From an uncultured Planctomycetota bacterium (GTDB taxonomy: Bacteria > Planctomycetota > Phycisphaerae > Tepidisphaerales > Tepidisphaeraceae), in assembly GCA_963841915.1 (NCBI GenBank), contig CAWJEN010000001.1, positions 1-64,000 on the forward strand: 64,000 nt of DNA, read 5' to 3'. Positions 20,210 through 30,436 of this stretch are shown piece after piece (within the stretch, counting starts at the first letter, position 1; every line of letters starts with the position of its first letter). A model generated the notes under the pieces. The model searched no databases, had not been told where the DNA came from, and worked only from the letters and a program-made list of their open reading frames with translations. The translations under genes were made by a program, and so were the position numbers.

Positions 20210-21331
20210 GAACCGCTGGCCCGACGCAGCGTTGTGGCAATGCGTGGAGCCGACGGGGCACGGCCCGAGCGTGGATCGGCCTTGGCGTGGGAGCGTGCGG
20301 CGGCATTCGCTCACCCTGCACCGCCGGCAGCAGGTCACACATCTCCACCAAATCGTCGAACTGCCGGCCCGGCTCGATCTCCCAAGACGTCGGCGGCCGA
20401 ACAGTCAGTTTAAACTTGGCAGAGTGCTCAAAAAAGGAGCGTTTGCCGAGCGTGCCGCAGTCGCCAAGTGCTTCGCCGTGATCCGACGTCGAGACGACCA
20501 GCGTGTCGGAGAGGTCGCCGCATGCCGCGACTTTCCCCAGCAGGCGGCCGATCAGCTGACGCATGTCGGCAATTATGCCATCGTAGGCGGCGCGGGCGTG
20601 TCGGATTTGCTGCGCCGTCAGCGGCCCAGGGATCCACGCCAGCCATTGGAAGTACTGTTCAAAAGGTTCCAGCTCTGTATCTACCCAATGCGGCACAATC
20701 GGCGCGAGCAATTTATCCGTGCTATACATCGACGCATTCGGCTCGTGGATGACGAGCGGCGGATGCGGGTCCAGCAGCGAGACCCACAGTGCGAAGGGCT
20801 TGCTCCGCTCACGTGTCTCAAGGAGATTGCAGGCTTTGTCGACGATCCAGTCGGTGGAATGCAGGTGTCGCGGGAACGGGCTATTTGTCGGCAGCACTTC
20901 GTTAAAGCCAACGCTTACAAGCGTGCCGGCGCGACCGATATGAGCGAGTTGTTGCCGCTTGCTCTCGCTGAGCCAGGTGACATGCTCAAACCGCCGCGGC
21001 AGTCGCGATCGGTGTGTTAGTACTTCTTTCCGACGAGTTTGGTCTGATACCCGGCGTCGGTCAACAGCGCGTCCAGGAAGTCGCCGCGATCGCGTTCAAC
21101 TCGACAGGTCTCCGCGTACGACGCCATGCCGTTCTCATGCGCTCGGCGGCCGGTGATAAGCGTCGTTCTTGCCGGAATGCAGACCGGGCAATCGGAGTAG
21201 GCGTTTTTGAATCGCGTGCCTATCCAAGCGAGCTGATCAAGATGCGGCGTGACGACTGGATGGCCGGCGCAGCCGAGCGTGTCAGCCCGGTGCTGGTCCG
21301 ACGTGATGAGCAAAAGGTTCGGGCGGTCCAT
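20139..21331 (-). pseudogene. Sulfatase pseudogene (stops and frameshifts)
   Basis: RPNLLLITSDQHRAD and CIPAR in 21017-21331; DPHPP and SDHG in 20139-20897; frame broken between them. Confidence 0.85.
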
Positions 21332-21365
21332 GGGCGGCTTCTCTCGACGTTGAGGACGAAGCAGT

Positions 21366-23966
21366 TCACACGTACTGCAGCACCGGCGACTTCAACATCG
21401 CCTCGGCGTCGAGTGTTTCGCCTCCGCGCACCTCGAAAGTGTGGGATTCTCCCGGCAAAAGCGTGACGCACGCATCATCGGCCGACGCCTGAGCATTGAG
21501 CCGCTCGGGGAAGAGGCAAAGATCGCGAACGAGCGTCTTTGCGATGACGATTACTAAAGAGCCGTCCATCGAGACGCTGACTTGCGGCCGGTGTTCCGCC
21601 ACATTGCGATCGGGTGAGAACCACCAGAACGACCGCTCGCCGCCGTCGGGCTCGGCAACGATGAACGCGTCACTGCGGCGGTTCGATGTCCAATTTTCAG
21701 GGACATCGACAAAATCCGCGGCTCGCGACCCAATGGTGAAGTTATTGGACGTCTCGGCAAGCGTCTCGCCGCCGAAGGTCATGTGCCGCAGGCGGACGCT
21801 GCCCGCCCATGTCTCGGCGTGGTCGTTGTGCAGGTAAGCCCGCAGCAGCCCTGCATCATCGCCCCAACCGGTGACCTGGGTGACCTGTTTCGGCATCACG
21901 TTGCATACCCGCGGCAAGAAGGCGCGGCGGACCGCGAACCACGCCGGCTTGAGCCGGCCGATGCCGTTCGTGTCGAGGTCGACGAGCGACCACGAGCTGC
22001 CGGGCCAGCAGTCATTGAGTTGCCAGATGAGGGCGCCGTTGTTGTAAGGGAAAAGCGACCGGAACCAGCCGAGGCTGACGGTCATAGCTCTTGCCTGGGC
22101 GACCTGCGTGAGGTACAGCCATTCGTCGAAATCGTCGGGCACGACGAAGTCGTCGCTGACGCGCGTTGTGCTCTTGTCTTGGCCGTCGCCGACCTTCTTG
22201 TCGTAGCCGTTCTTGTTGTGCGACCGCATCGTTGGGCTGTACCAGCGACGCTGATCCTCCGGGATCGACTGCTCGATGGCCGGCCACGTCGGTTGACCGT
22301 GGAAGCCAAACTCGCTGCAGAAACGTGGCGAGTGGCCCACGTAGCCGAGGTAGTGGCCCGGGCCGTGCCAGACGTTCCAGATGTGTCGATTACCGTACTC
22401 GTTAGCGTTGGGGTGGACGCCGCTGTTCTCAAATTGCTCGCGTGTGCCGCCGTTGCTCGGACTGCCGGGCCAGTAGGGCGTCGCCGGCGCCAATTCCTCG
22501 ACGACGTTCGGCAGCACCTCGAAGTAGTACTTAAGTCCCCAGCCGCGGTCGCCGACGGCCTCGGGCCACCGCTTGCCGTCGTAACTCCAGTCGTGGTAGC
22601 CCCACAGATTTTCGTTGTTGCCGTTGAAGAGCACGAGCGACGCGTGCCGCGTGAGACGCGAGACATTGTCCCGCGCCTCGGCATCGACCTCCTCGACCAC
22701 CTCGACCACCTCGCTGTACGTCGCGCAGGCGAACGTGAAGTCCTGCCACACCATCAGGCCAATCTCGTCGCAGATGTCGTAGAAGTCGTGCGACTCGTAG
22801 AGCCCGCCGCCCCACACGCGGATCATGTTCATGTTCGCGTCCGCCGCCTGCTGCAGCCGCGTGCGATAGCGCTTCGAATCGACGCGGGCCGGGTAGATGT
22901 CGTCGGGGATCCAGTTTGAGCCCTTGCAGTAGACCTCGCTGCCGTTGATGCGCAGGAACATGCCGCTGCCCTTCGCCACGCCGTCGACCGGCCACGAGTC
23001 GCTGTCGCCATCATCGGGCGTGGCGAGTTCGACTGTCCGCAGCCCGACGCGATGCGTCTTGCTGTCGATCGCCTTCCCACCGTCGATGAGCTCGACGACG
23101 AGTTCGTAGAGCGGTTGCTCGCCATGTCCCCGTGGCCACCACAGCTGCGGCGACTCGATGGTGATCTTGCCGCCCTTGACCTCGAACATCTTGCCGTCCG
23201 GCGACATCAGCTTTGCGACAGCGTCGCCGCGGCCTTCGACGTCGGCGTGCAGCTCCACGACCGCTCGCTCGCTTGTCGCCTCAACGACCACCGGCCGCAC
23301 GTCGCCGAGTCGTCCCGCATCCCAAGCCTCAAGCCGAACGTCTCGCCAGATGCCGCTCGTCGGCGTGGCCGGGCCCCAATCCCAGCCGCAGTCGCAGCTC
23401 ATGCGACGGACGGCATTATGCGGCTGGCTCGGTCTCGACGGCCCGCCCGAGCGCGGCATCTCGCCCTGACGTTCGTCGGCCTCCCTCATCTGCGGCAGAG
23501 GGGCGTTCAGCTGCACCTCGATCGTGTTCTCGCCCACCCGCATCGCCGCCTTGGTGTCGAAGCGGTAACGGCGGTGGGCGTTCCTGCTCTCGCCGATGAT
23601 CGTGCCGTTGACGAGCACGGTCGCGAACGTGTCGAGCCCGTCGAAGCAAAGCTCCACATGCTCACGCCCGAGCGTCTCGGTATCGACGCTGAGCGTCGTG
23701 GTGTACGTCCAGTCGGCCCGGCCGGTCCATAGTGCGTCGTACTCGTTCATCGCCAACACGGGGTCGGCAATCACGCCCTCGCGCAGCAGGTCAAGGTGAA
23801 TCTGACCCGGCACCGTCGCCACGAGGTCTCGGCCGAGCAGGTCAGCCGGCGGCTCGGACGTGTCGCCTGTGATGCCGCGGTCGCGCGGGTGAACGTTCGT
23901 CAGACGAACGTGCCATTGCTGTGCTTTAAGGGACTGCTGAACGTTCATCGACATGGGACGCAACAT
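21366..23966 (-). CDS. GH2 glycoside hydrolase, beta-mannosidase-like
   Basis: FDGLDT, GWDWGP, GIWR, KGSNWIP, NMIRVWGGG, GNNE acid/base, SEFG nucleophile, WQLNDCWP. Confidence 0.9.
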   Translation of the reverse strand: MLRPMSMNVQQSLKAQQWHVRLTNVHPRDRGITGDTSEPPADLLGRDLVATVPGQIHLDLLREGVIADPVLAMNEYDALWTGRADWTYTTTLSVDTETLGREHVELCFDGLDTFATVLVNGTIIGESRNAHRRYRFDTKAAMRVGENTIEVQLNAPLPQMREADERQGEMPRSGGPSRPSQPHNAVRRMSCDCGWDWGPATPTSGIWRDVRLEAWDAGRLGDVRPVVVEATSERAVVELHADVEGRGDAVAKLMSPDGKMFEVKGGKITIESPQLWWPRGHGEQPLYELVVELIDGGKAIDSKTHRVGLRTVELATPDDGDSDSWPVDGVAKGSGMFLRINGSEVYCKGSNWIPDDIYPARVDSKRYRTRLQQAADANMNMIRVWGGGLYESHDFYDICDEIGLMVWQDFTFACATYSEVVEVVEEVDAEARDNVSRLTRHASLVLFNGNNENLWGYHDWSYDGKRWPEAVGDRGWGLKYYFEVLPNVVEELAPATPYWPGSPSNGGTREQFENSGVHPNANEYGNRHIWNVWHGPGHYLGYVGHSPRFCSEFGFHGQPTWPAIEQSIPEDQRRWYSPTMRSHNKNGYDKKVGDGQDKSTTRVSDDFVVPDDFDEWLYLTQVAQARAMTVSLGWFRSLFPYNNGALIWQLNDCWPGSSWSLVDLDTNGIGRLKPAWFAVRRAFLPRVCNVMPKQVTQVTGWGDDAGLLRAYLHNDHAETWAGSVRLRHMTFGGETLAETSNNFTIGSRAADFVDVPENWTSNRRSDAFIVAEPDGGERSFWWFSPDRNVAEHRPQVSVSMDGSLVIVIAKTLVRDLCLFPERLNAQASADDACVTLLPGESHTFEVRGGETLDAEAMLKSPVLQYV

Positions 23967-23983
23967 AGACGCTCACTCGCCAG

Positions 23984-26755
23984 CTAGTCCCAACGCAGTT
24001 CGTCACGCATGAGCCCGTACACGAATCCGGGCCCGTCGCCGACGATAAGGTCGAGCTCACCGTCGCCGTTGAGATCGGCCGGCTCGACGTTGAGCGCGTG
24101 CGTCTCCACCCGAATGACGCCGCCGTCCTTCCACGTAATGCGGCGTGGCTTGTCGAAGACGGGCTCGCTGTTGGTGCCGATGTTCTTGAGCCAGAAGACA
24201 GTGCTGCTCTTAATGCGGTCGTTAAGGGCGATCAGCGTCGGGTCCTGCTCGCTGACGGGCACGGTCTTGGCGGGCGTGTTGTACATGATGTCCCACACGC
24301 CATCGCCGTCCCAATCCGGCACGCTGATTTGAAGGCGGCCGCTCATGCCTGCGTGGCTGGTGACGACGAGCGGCTCGCCGTCGTTAAAGGTCAGCGGAAC
24401 GATCTCGCTGATCTCGGTCGAGCCGACGCTTTCAGGGATGCCGAGCTTGAGCTCGCTGTCGAGGGCGACGTAGAGCAGCACCGGCCGATTATCGCCGGCC
24501 AGCTTGTGCACACCGGGCAGGGCAGTCATGCGGCTGCGCCAGCCAACGCCGAGCTTGCTGCCGTTGTGCGTAAAAACCTCGCTGCGGACGCTGAAGATGT
24601 CGCCGTCCACGCGGTCGTGCAGGCGGAGCGTGCTGGTGTTTTCGTTGCCGATAAGCTCGAGATCGCCGTCTTGATCCCAGTCGAAAAGTTCCGGCTGCGA
24701 GTAGCTCCAGCCGGCCTCGTGCGGGCCCTGGAGATTGGGCGTGCCCTTGAAAACAAGCGGTTCGCCGGCCGAGTTGGTGAAGGTGGTTGTGCCACCAAAA
24801 GTCGTGGGATCTTCGGTGCCCTTCCAGAAGACGTAGTAGCCGGTGCCGTCGCCGGTGACGAGGTCGTCGATGCCGTCGCCGTCCCAGTCGCCGGTGGCGG
24901 GAACTGTGAGCGTGTCGGCCGCGACGACGCCGCCGACCTGCTCAATGCCGCCGAGGGCTTTGAACTCGCCGATCGTGTCGCCGCTCACGACGGCCAGTCG
25001 GCCGTGGGCCCCGGTGCCGGCCAGCACGTCGACCTTGCCGTCTGAGTTAATGTCCATGACGCCGCGGATCATCGTCAGGAACAGGTCGTTCATCGACTCG
25101 CCCTCGGCCAGCAGCTCGCTGGAGCGGCCGATGCGAAGCTCGCCGTCATCGCTCGGCAGGATCGGCATGGCCAGTGGCCGCTCATCGCCTGCGAGTGCGA
25201 TCAGGTGCTTGCCCTTCTTGCCGTCGACGCCGACCGCGTCGATGGCCGTGATCGTGTTGCGGTGCGACCACGTTCGCCATTGAGCGATGTAATCGTCATA
25301 GCCGAGGTATATCGGTTTACGCTCGCCGAAGACGAGATTGCCGTCGGCATCGCGGCTGCCCTTCATCCACGAGTACTCGCTGGTCCGCTTGTTGCCAAGC
25401 CACTGGCCGCCGATGTCGTAGCCGCGCATGCCGTCGGTGTTGGCCGTGTCGAGGTGCTGGCCGAGCTGGTCCCGCTCGTGCAGAACCCACGGTGCCTCGC
25501 CGCGAGGCCAATAGCTCCATTTTTCAGAACCGTCGACCATTTGTGCCATCAGCACGTCCGCGACGCCGTCGCCGTCCGCGTCGGCAATCGTCTTGTACGT
25601 CCCGCCCTTGAGGCCAAGCTCGCGCAGAACTTCCTTTGCGTCACCGGCAATGGCAGAGCGGGGCTTATCGTGCACTCTCAGGTTCCCATCGGCATCGATG
25701 TTGGCTATGTGTTCCAAGTTTTTCACCGCGATCAGCTCGTGGCCGTCGCCGTTTGCGACAGCAAAATAGCTGTTCATCGGCAAATTGTGCTCGAACGACG
25801 GCTGGCCGTACAATGGCAACGACTCCTTCGGTGCCGGCGTCGCGGACGCCTTTACTTCGTCGGTGGCAGGCTGATACAAAAACGTGTTGCTAGCCAGCCA
25901 CGGGTGCCCACTTTGAATCAGGATGTCGGGTGCATCGCCGTCAGGCCGCGGCAGCAACGAGACATTGGCCCACTGGATCGGCAGCGCGTGCGTGCCGCTA
26001 TCTGCGACCTTCAGGTGCCGAAGCGGCCGATACGTGTGGATGAACGCCTGCGGCTCGGGTGCATCGTCGGACATAACGCTCTTGGCCGACGTGGCCATGC
26101 GGAAATCCTGGAAAGTGACCTGGAGCGTCTCTTGGTTGCCGGTCTGGAAATTGACCATGCTGGCGGTGCCGCTGTAGTCATACTCGTCGGTGACCATTGG
26201 CTCCGGCAGCTCGCCAGGCACCTGGCCGCCCTCGTAGGCCCAGCCTTCGAGCTTGTCAGGCTCGTCGGCCGAGGTGACAAGGCGGGCTATCAAAGTGTAC
26301 TTCTGGCCGGCCTTGGTGCCGCCTCCAAACTCTTTGGGCTCGACAAAGCCGAAGTAAAAGTTGTCGGGCGAGTTGATGCCGAAACGAAGGGGGCGGTTCT
26401 GCACGTCCTTATCGCCGTTAAACAGCGAGACAATCGAGTAATCGGACCGCCCGCCGATGCCGTCGCGGGTGACGTCGTAGCGGAACCAGTACTCGCCCGG
26501 CTGGCGGAAATCGATCGTGGTCAACAGGCCGCGGCGGGCCCAGCCGGCACCGATGAGTGCGTTGGCATCAACGTCTACAGCGATCCCCTCGTTCGACTTC
26601 ATCGGGCCTGCCCAACCGGCCCGACGGTCGTCAAGCTCGCCGTCGAAGTTCGAAACTGCCAGCACGTCGGCCGACGCCGCGGCGGCGGCGAGGCCGAGAC
26701 ATGCGCCGGCGGCGGCGAGGCGAAGGCGGGTGAGGCGGTTCAGATCGGTCTTCAT
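23984..26755 (-). CDS. Large secreted FG-GAP/VCBS-repeat protein
   Basis: Signal peptide; several D.DGDG..D-type repeats (DADGDGVAD, DWDGDGIDD, DWDQDGDLE, DLNGDGELD); RBS GGAGGAG. Confidence 0.85.
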   Translation of the reverse strand: MKTDLNRLTRLRLAAAGACLGLAAAAASADVLAVSNFDGELDDRRAGWAGPMKSNEGIAVDVDANALIGAGWARRGLLTTIDFRQPGEYWFRYDVTRDGIGGRSDYSIVSLFNGDKDVQNRPLRFGINSPDNFYFGFVEPKEFGGGTKAGQKYTLIARLVTSADEPDKLEGWAYEGGQVPGELPEPMVTDEYDYSGTASMVNFQTGNQETLQVTFQDFRMATSAKSVMSDDAPEPQAFIHTYRPLRHLKVADSGTHALPIQWANVSLLPRPDGDAPDILIQSGHPWLASNTFLYQPATDEVKASATPAPKESLPLYGQPSFEHNLPMNSYFAVANGDGHELIAVKNLEHIANIDADGNLRVHDKPRSAIAGDAKEVLRELGLKGGTYKTIADADGDGVADVLMAQMVDGSEKWSYWPRGEAPWVLHERDQLGQHLDTANTDGMRGYDIGGQWLGNKRTSEYSWMKGSRDADGNLVFGERKPIYLGYDDYIAQWRTWSHRNTITAIDAVGVDGKKGKHLIALAGDERPLAMPILPSDDGELRIGRSSELLAEGESMNDLFLTMIRGVMDINSDGKVDVLAGTGAHGRLAVVSGDTIGEFKALGGIEQVGGVVAADTLTVPATGDWDGDGIDDLVTGDGTGYYVFWKGTEDPTTFGGTTTFTNSAGEPLVFKGTPNLQGPHEAGWSYSQPELFDWDQDGDLELIGNENTSTLRLHDRVDGDIFSVRSEVFTHNGSKLGVGWRSRMTALPGVHKLAGDNRPVLLYVALDSELKLGIPESVGSTEISEIVPLTFNDGEPLVVTSHAGMSGRLQISVPDWDGDGVWDIMYNTPAKTVPVSEQDPTLIALNDRIKSSTVFWLKNIGTNSEPVFDKPRRITWKDGGVIRVETHALNVEPADLNGDGELDLIVGDGPGFVYGLMRDELRWD

Positions 26756-26814
26756 GGGGCTCCTCCAAATCAGGCGGCAAAGCGGACGGAAAAGTCTCCG
26801 GCCGCGAGACGCGT

Positions 26815-26826
26815 CTAGTATACCAG
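26815..26826. promoter_or_regulatory. Candidate GntR operator CTAGTATACCAG
   Basis: Near-palindrome in the divergent intergenic region; variants recur at 26905, 42462 and 43857. Confidence 0.6.
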
Positions 26827-26894
26827 TAGCGACCCTTTTCGCAATAGTTGCAACGGCCCGGCGACAGGAAAAGCATTGCTGAGCCGAAAATTGT

Positions 26895-26922
26895 TTGACA
26901 GCGGCTGGAATACTAGTAGTCT
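26895..26922 (+). promoter_or_regulatory. Sigma70-like promoter (TTGACA-N16-TAGTCT) with operator CTGGAATACTAG in the spacer
   Basis: Perfect -35 at 26895-26900; operator 26905-26916; -10-like TAGTCT 26917-26922; GTG at 26933. Confidence 0.55.
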
Positions 26923-26932
26923 ACAAGCCGCA

Positions 26933-27661
26933 GTGACGCCCAAAACCCGCCAAATCTATGCCGACATCCGCGGCCGACTTGCCAACGGCAACCTCAAGGT
27001 TGGGGAGCGGGTGAGCGAGCAGTCGCTCGCCGCAGAACTCAATGTCAGCCGCACGCCTGTTCGAGAAGCAATTAAACGCCTCCAGGCCGACGGCTACTTC
27101 GATCAGGTTCACCGTTACGGCACCGTCGTCCGGGCCCCAACCATGCAGGAGATCGTCGAGGTTTACGACCTCCGCGAGGCGATCGAGACCCACGTTATCG
27201 CACACGCGACGACAGAACAGTTAGCCGCCATCGATGACGAATTGGCCGCATCCTGCGAGGGACTTGAAGACATTGCCGTCGAGTTCGGCGGCCGGCCGGC
27301 CTCGGCGGACCAGCCCGACCTCGTGCAGCGGCTCTTTGATCTCGACGGCCGCTTCCACGACGCCATCGTCGGCACGAGCGACAACGGCCGCTTCGAGCAG
27401 ATCCTCGGCCACACGCGTCTTTTCCAGCAAATCCACAGCGTCCGCCGGCACTCGATCATCACGTTTGAAATTGTGATGGGCATCCATCGCGACCACTCGG
27501 ACGTCCTGACCCAACTCCGTGGCGGCGACATGAGCGCCGCCGCCGACGCCATGCGTCGCCACATCCGCAGCGGCAAGAACGGAGCCGTCGACTGGCTCCG
27601 GCTGCAGGAGCGAATGAAGTACGCCACCACCACCACTCAGAACGCTTCATCGCGTAGGTAG
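26933..27661 (+). CDS. GntR-family transcriptional regulator with FCD domain
   Basis: GER.SE..LA.EL.VSRTPVREA wHTH; D..FH..I, H..V...L, MRRHI of the FCD domain. Confidence 0.92.
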   Translation: MTPKTRQIYADIRGRLANGNLKVGERVSEQSLAAELNVSRTPVREAIKRLQADGYFDQVHRYGTVVRAPTMQEIVEVYDLREAIETHVIAHATTEQLAAIDDELAASCEGLEDIAVEFGGRPASADQPDLVQRLFDLDGRFHDAIVGTSDNGRFEQILGHTRLFQQIHSVRRHSIITFEIVMGIHRDHSDVLTQLRGGDMSAAADAMRRHIRSGKNGAVDWLRLQERMKYATTTTQNASSRR

Positions 27662-27704
27662 CAGTTCCGCTACGTCACACCAACCGCTTCCAGGAGGAAA
27701 CAAA

Positions 27705-28562
27705 ATGAACACGATCACACACTTCACCATCGCTGCCGCGGCCGCCACCGTCGCGACCACCGCCGCCACCGCCGCGACCTACTTCGAGGAAGTCTCCGCT
27801 GACAACCCCGTGTCGTGGTACCGCTTCGAGGGCAACCTCAACGACAGCGGCAGCGGCAACAACGATGCGACCAACAACGGCATCCTTTTCAGCACGGGCA
27901 CCGGCCCCATTGGTAGCTTCACCACCAACGGCGGCGACTCGCTCGGTCAGTTCGGCATTGACAGCGCAGCCGCCTTCGGCGACTTGGGCGACCGTAATGC
28001 TACCAGCTCGCTGCTTCGAGACATTACAGGAGCCTCGGCCGTAACCGTTGAGCTATGGATTGACTTCGACTCCATCACCAACGCCGGAAACGTCCTGTTT
28101 GTCCCTGATCAGAACAATTCTGCTCAAATCGCAGTCCGAGCGCTCGCAAATGGATCCATATTTTTCGGCGGACGGTCAGCAAACGGCGAAAGCTTTCAGA
28201 ACCTAGGTGCGAGCACTACCGGCGGTCTGCAGCACGTCGTCGGCGTTTACGACTACGCAGATAGCGAAATTCGCATCTACGCGAACGGCACCCTGCTTGC
28301 TGATGGGACCCGTCTTGCTGCGTCGTCAACGCTCAATCCGCTGTACGACACAGCGGCTCGCGCCATCAGCATCGGTCGCGCCGCCGATGCGGTCACGACG
28401 AACCAGTTCGCCGGCAACATTGATGAGCTAGCGATCTACGACTACGAGTTGGACCTTGACGATATCCAGGCCCACTACGCAGCGGCCGTGCCCGAGCCGA
28501 CGTCGGCTTTGGCGATCATCGGTGGCGTGGGCCTGCTGGGCCTGCGTCGTCGTGGCCGCTGA
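27705..28562 (+). CDS. PEP-CTERM protein with LamG-like jelly-roll domain
   Basis: Signal peptide; TVELW, HVVGVYD, IYANG, F.G.IDELAIY; VPEP-TM-RRR tail; RBS AGGAGG. Confidence 0.9.
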   Translation: MNTITHFTIAAAAATVATTAATAATYFEEVSADNPVSWYRFEGNLNDSGSGNNDATNNGILFSTGTGPIGSFTTNGGDSLGQFGIDSAAAFGDLGDRNATSSLLRDITGASAVTVELWIDFDSITNAGNVLFVPDQNNSAQIAVRALANGSIFFGGRSANGESFQNLGASTTGGLQHVVGVYDYADSEIRIYANGTLLADGTRLAASSTLNPLYDTAARAISIGRAADAVTTNQFAGNIDELAIYDYELDLDDIQAHYAAAVPEPTSALAIIGGVGLLGLRRRGR

Positions 28563-28661
28563 ACCCCAAAAGGCGCGGCCACTTGCCGCGACACCCGCGT
28601 CCGATCGATTAGCGTTGGTCGGACTCCTTCCTTCCTGTTCGTTTTTGCCTGAGGAGGCCTC

Positions 28662-29543
28662 ATGAGCCGCACCCGTCTGCACGCAACTCGTGGCTTTACA
28701 CTTGTCGAGTTGCTCGTTGTCATCGGCATCATCGCGCTTCTAATTGCGATCCTGCTGCCGACGCTGAGCAGTGCCCGCAAGTCGGCGAGCAATGTGGTGT
28801 GTCTGAGCAACCTGCGACAGGTCGGCTTAGCCGCGACGCAGTACGAGGCCGACGAAGGGCGGTTGCCGCAACACTTTGCCGAGACGTTATGGGAGGACCA
28901 GCTTGCCGCGGGCCAAGCCCCGACGTTCGCCTGGCCGGACATGATTATGAGCAACGGCCGCGATCTTCGCGACCAGTGGTACAAGTACATGGCCGAGCCG
29001 GAGAACATCTCGTGCCCGCTCCTCGAGGACATCGACATGTCTTACGAGTTCATCCCGAAGTGGCAGCCGGGCGATCCAAGCCGGCGCATCTACGTTGACT
29101 ACAGCATCTACGCCGGTTTCTACAGCAATGCTCCGGCCGAGGGCGGCCCATTTTATCCGGAAGATCCGTCCGCGCAGCTCTGGACGAAGACGACTCAGCG
29201 TTGGGAGGTCGACGGCCGTCAGTTTAACGTGCTTGCCGGCGACCGCTTTTACCGACGCGGCGCGACGTTCGGGGATAGGTTCGCCAGCCACCCGGGCAAG
29301 CTCGGCAGCATCGGCGTGCGGACCAACACCAGTCCCGAGACGGACTTCAACCGTTCGCTCGGCATCGTCTCTTACGATGCTGAAAACGACGCTTGGACGA
29401 AGGCTGCCGCCAACTTCGTCTTCACCGACGGCAGCGCCCGCAGCTACGCCGGAACGGACAAAGAGATGACCGGTCTGGGCCTGCCGATCGATTGGACCGC
29501 AAGCGGGACGTCGGCGCGGTGGGGTGCCCCGTACTCTAAGTAG
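28662..29543 (+). CDS. Prepilin-type N-terminal cleavage/methylation protein (DUF1559/H-X9-DG-like)
   Basis: [39 protein letters not shown]. Confidence 0.9.
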   Translation: MSRTRLHATRGFTLVELLVVIGIIALLIAILLPTLSSARKSASNVVCLSNLRQVGLAATQYEADEGRLPQHFAETLWEDQLAAGQAPTFAWPDMIMSNGRDLRDQWYKYMAEPENISCPLLEDIDMSYEFIPKWQPGDPSRRIYVDYSIYAGFYSNAPAEGGPFYPEDPSAQLWTKTTQRWEVDGRQFNVLAGDRFYRRGATFGDRFASHPGKLGSIGVRTNTSPETDFNRSLGIVSYDAENDAWTKAAANFVFTDGSARSYAGTDKEMTGLGLPIDWTASGTSARWGAPYSK

Positions 29544-29638
29544 CTGCGTGTGACCCTGGCGGCAGTGCTGCCGCCCGCGCCACCCGCCGCAGGGTATCAA
29601 TTGAGTCCGTTCCGTCGCCCGCCGTTCCCGCCGACCTT

Positions 29639-30436
29639 TTGCCCGGATTGCCTCACATCCCGCTCGCCGAGCTTCGCTGGGGTGACGGCGCGGCGATCTT
29701 CGTCTACTTCGTTCTGACGGCGATGTTCGCCGTCTGGTACGGCGGGCGCAATAACGATACCGAGGGCTACCTCCTTGGCGGGCGCAACATGCGCGGCTGG
29801 GCGGTCGGCCTCTCGCTCGTCGGCACGTCGATCAGTTCTATCTCGTTCCTGGCCCTGCCGGCCGCGGCGTACTCACTGGACTGGCGGCCGATCGTGCCAA
29901 ATTACGCCGTTGCGCTCGGCTTTACCGTCGCCGTACTCGTCTTCGTGCCGCTCTTTCGGGCACTGCCGTACATGACAACGTACGAGTTCCTCGAGCACCG
30001 GCTCGGTCGCTTCAGCAGGCTTTACTGCGCGCTGACCTTCATGTTCGCGCAGCTCATCCGCCTCAGCGCGGTGCTGTACTTGGCGAGCATCGCCGTCAGC
30101 GTGCTGCTCGGGGTCCGCATCGAAACCGTCATCATCTTCGGCGGCGTTGTCGGCGGTATCTTCCTGCTGGCGATCTTCGTCAAACGCGTCGGCCCGACCG
30201 CGTTGCTCGTGGCACTGCCGTTCTCGCTGTTGCCCAAAGTCTGGTACCTGCTCGGCAGCAACGGGCTCATTCCGGAGTCGCTGCACATTCCGCTGCACGC
30301 CTACTGGATCGGCGTCGTCTCGAACGTGACGCTGATGGTGCTGGCCTTTGCCCTCAGCTTCATCTGGCCGCGTCGCAATGGTGACGTCCCGCCGGCCGGC
30401 GGCTCTGTGGTTGTACCGCTCACTTTGCAAGCATGA
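29639..30436 (+). pseudogene. Sodium:solute symporter with in-frame internal deletion of about 250 codons
   Basis: N- and C-termini align with the intact SSS at 45692, joined at an FGG (30137-30145). Confidence 0.8.
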
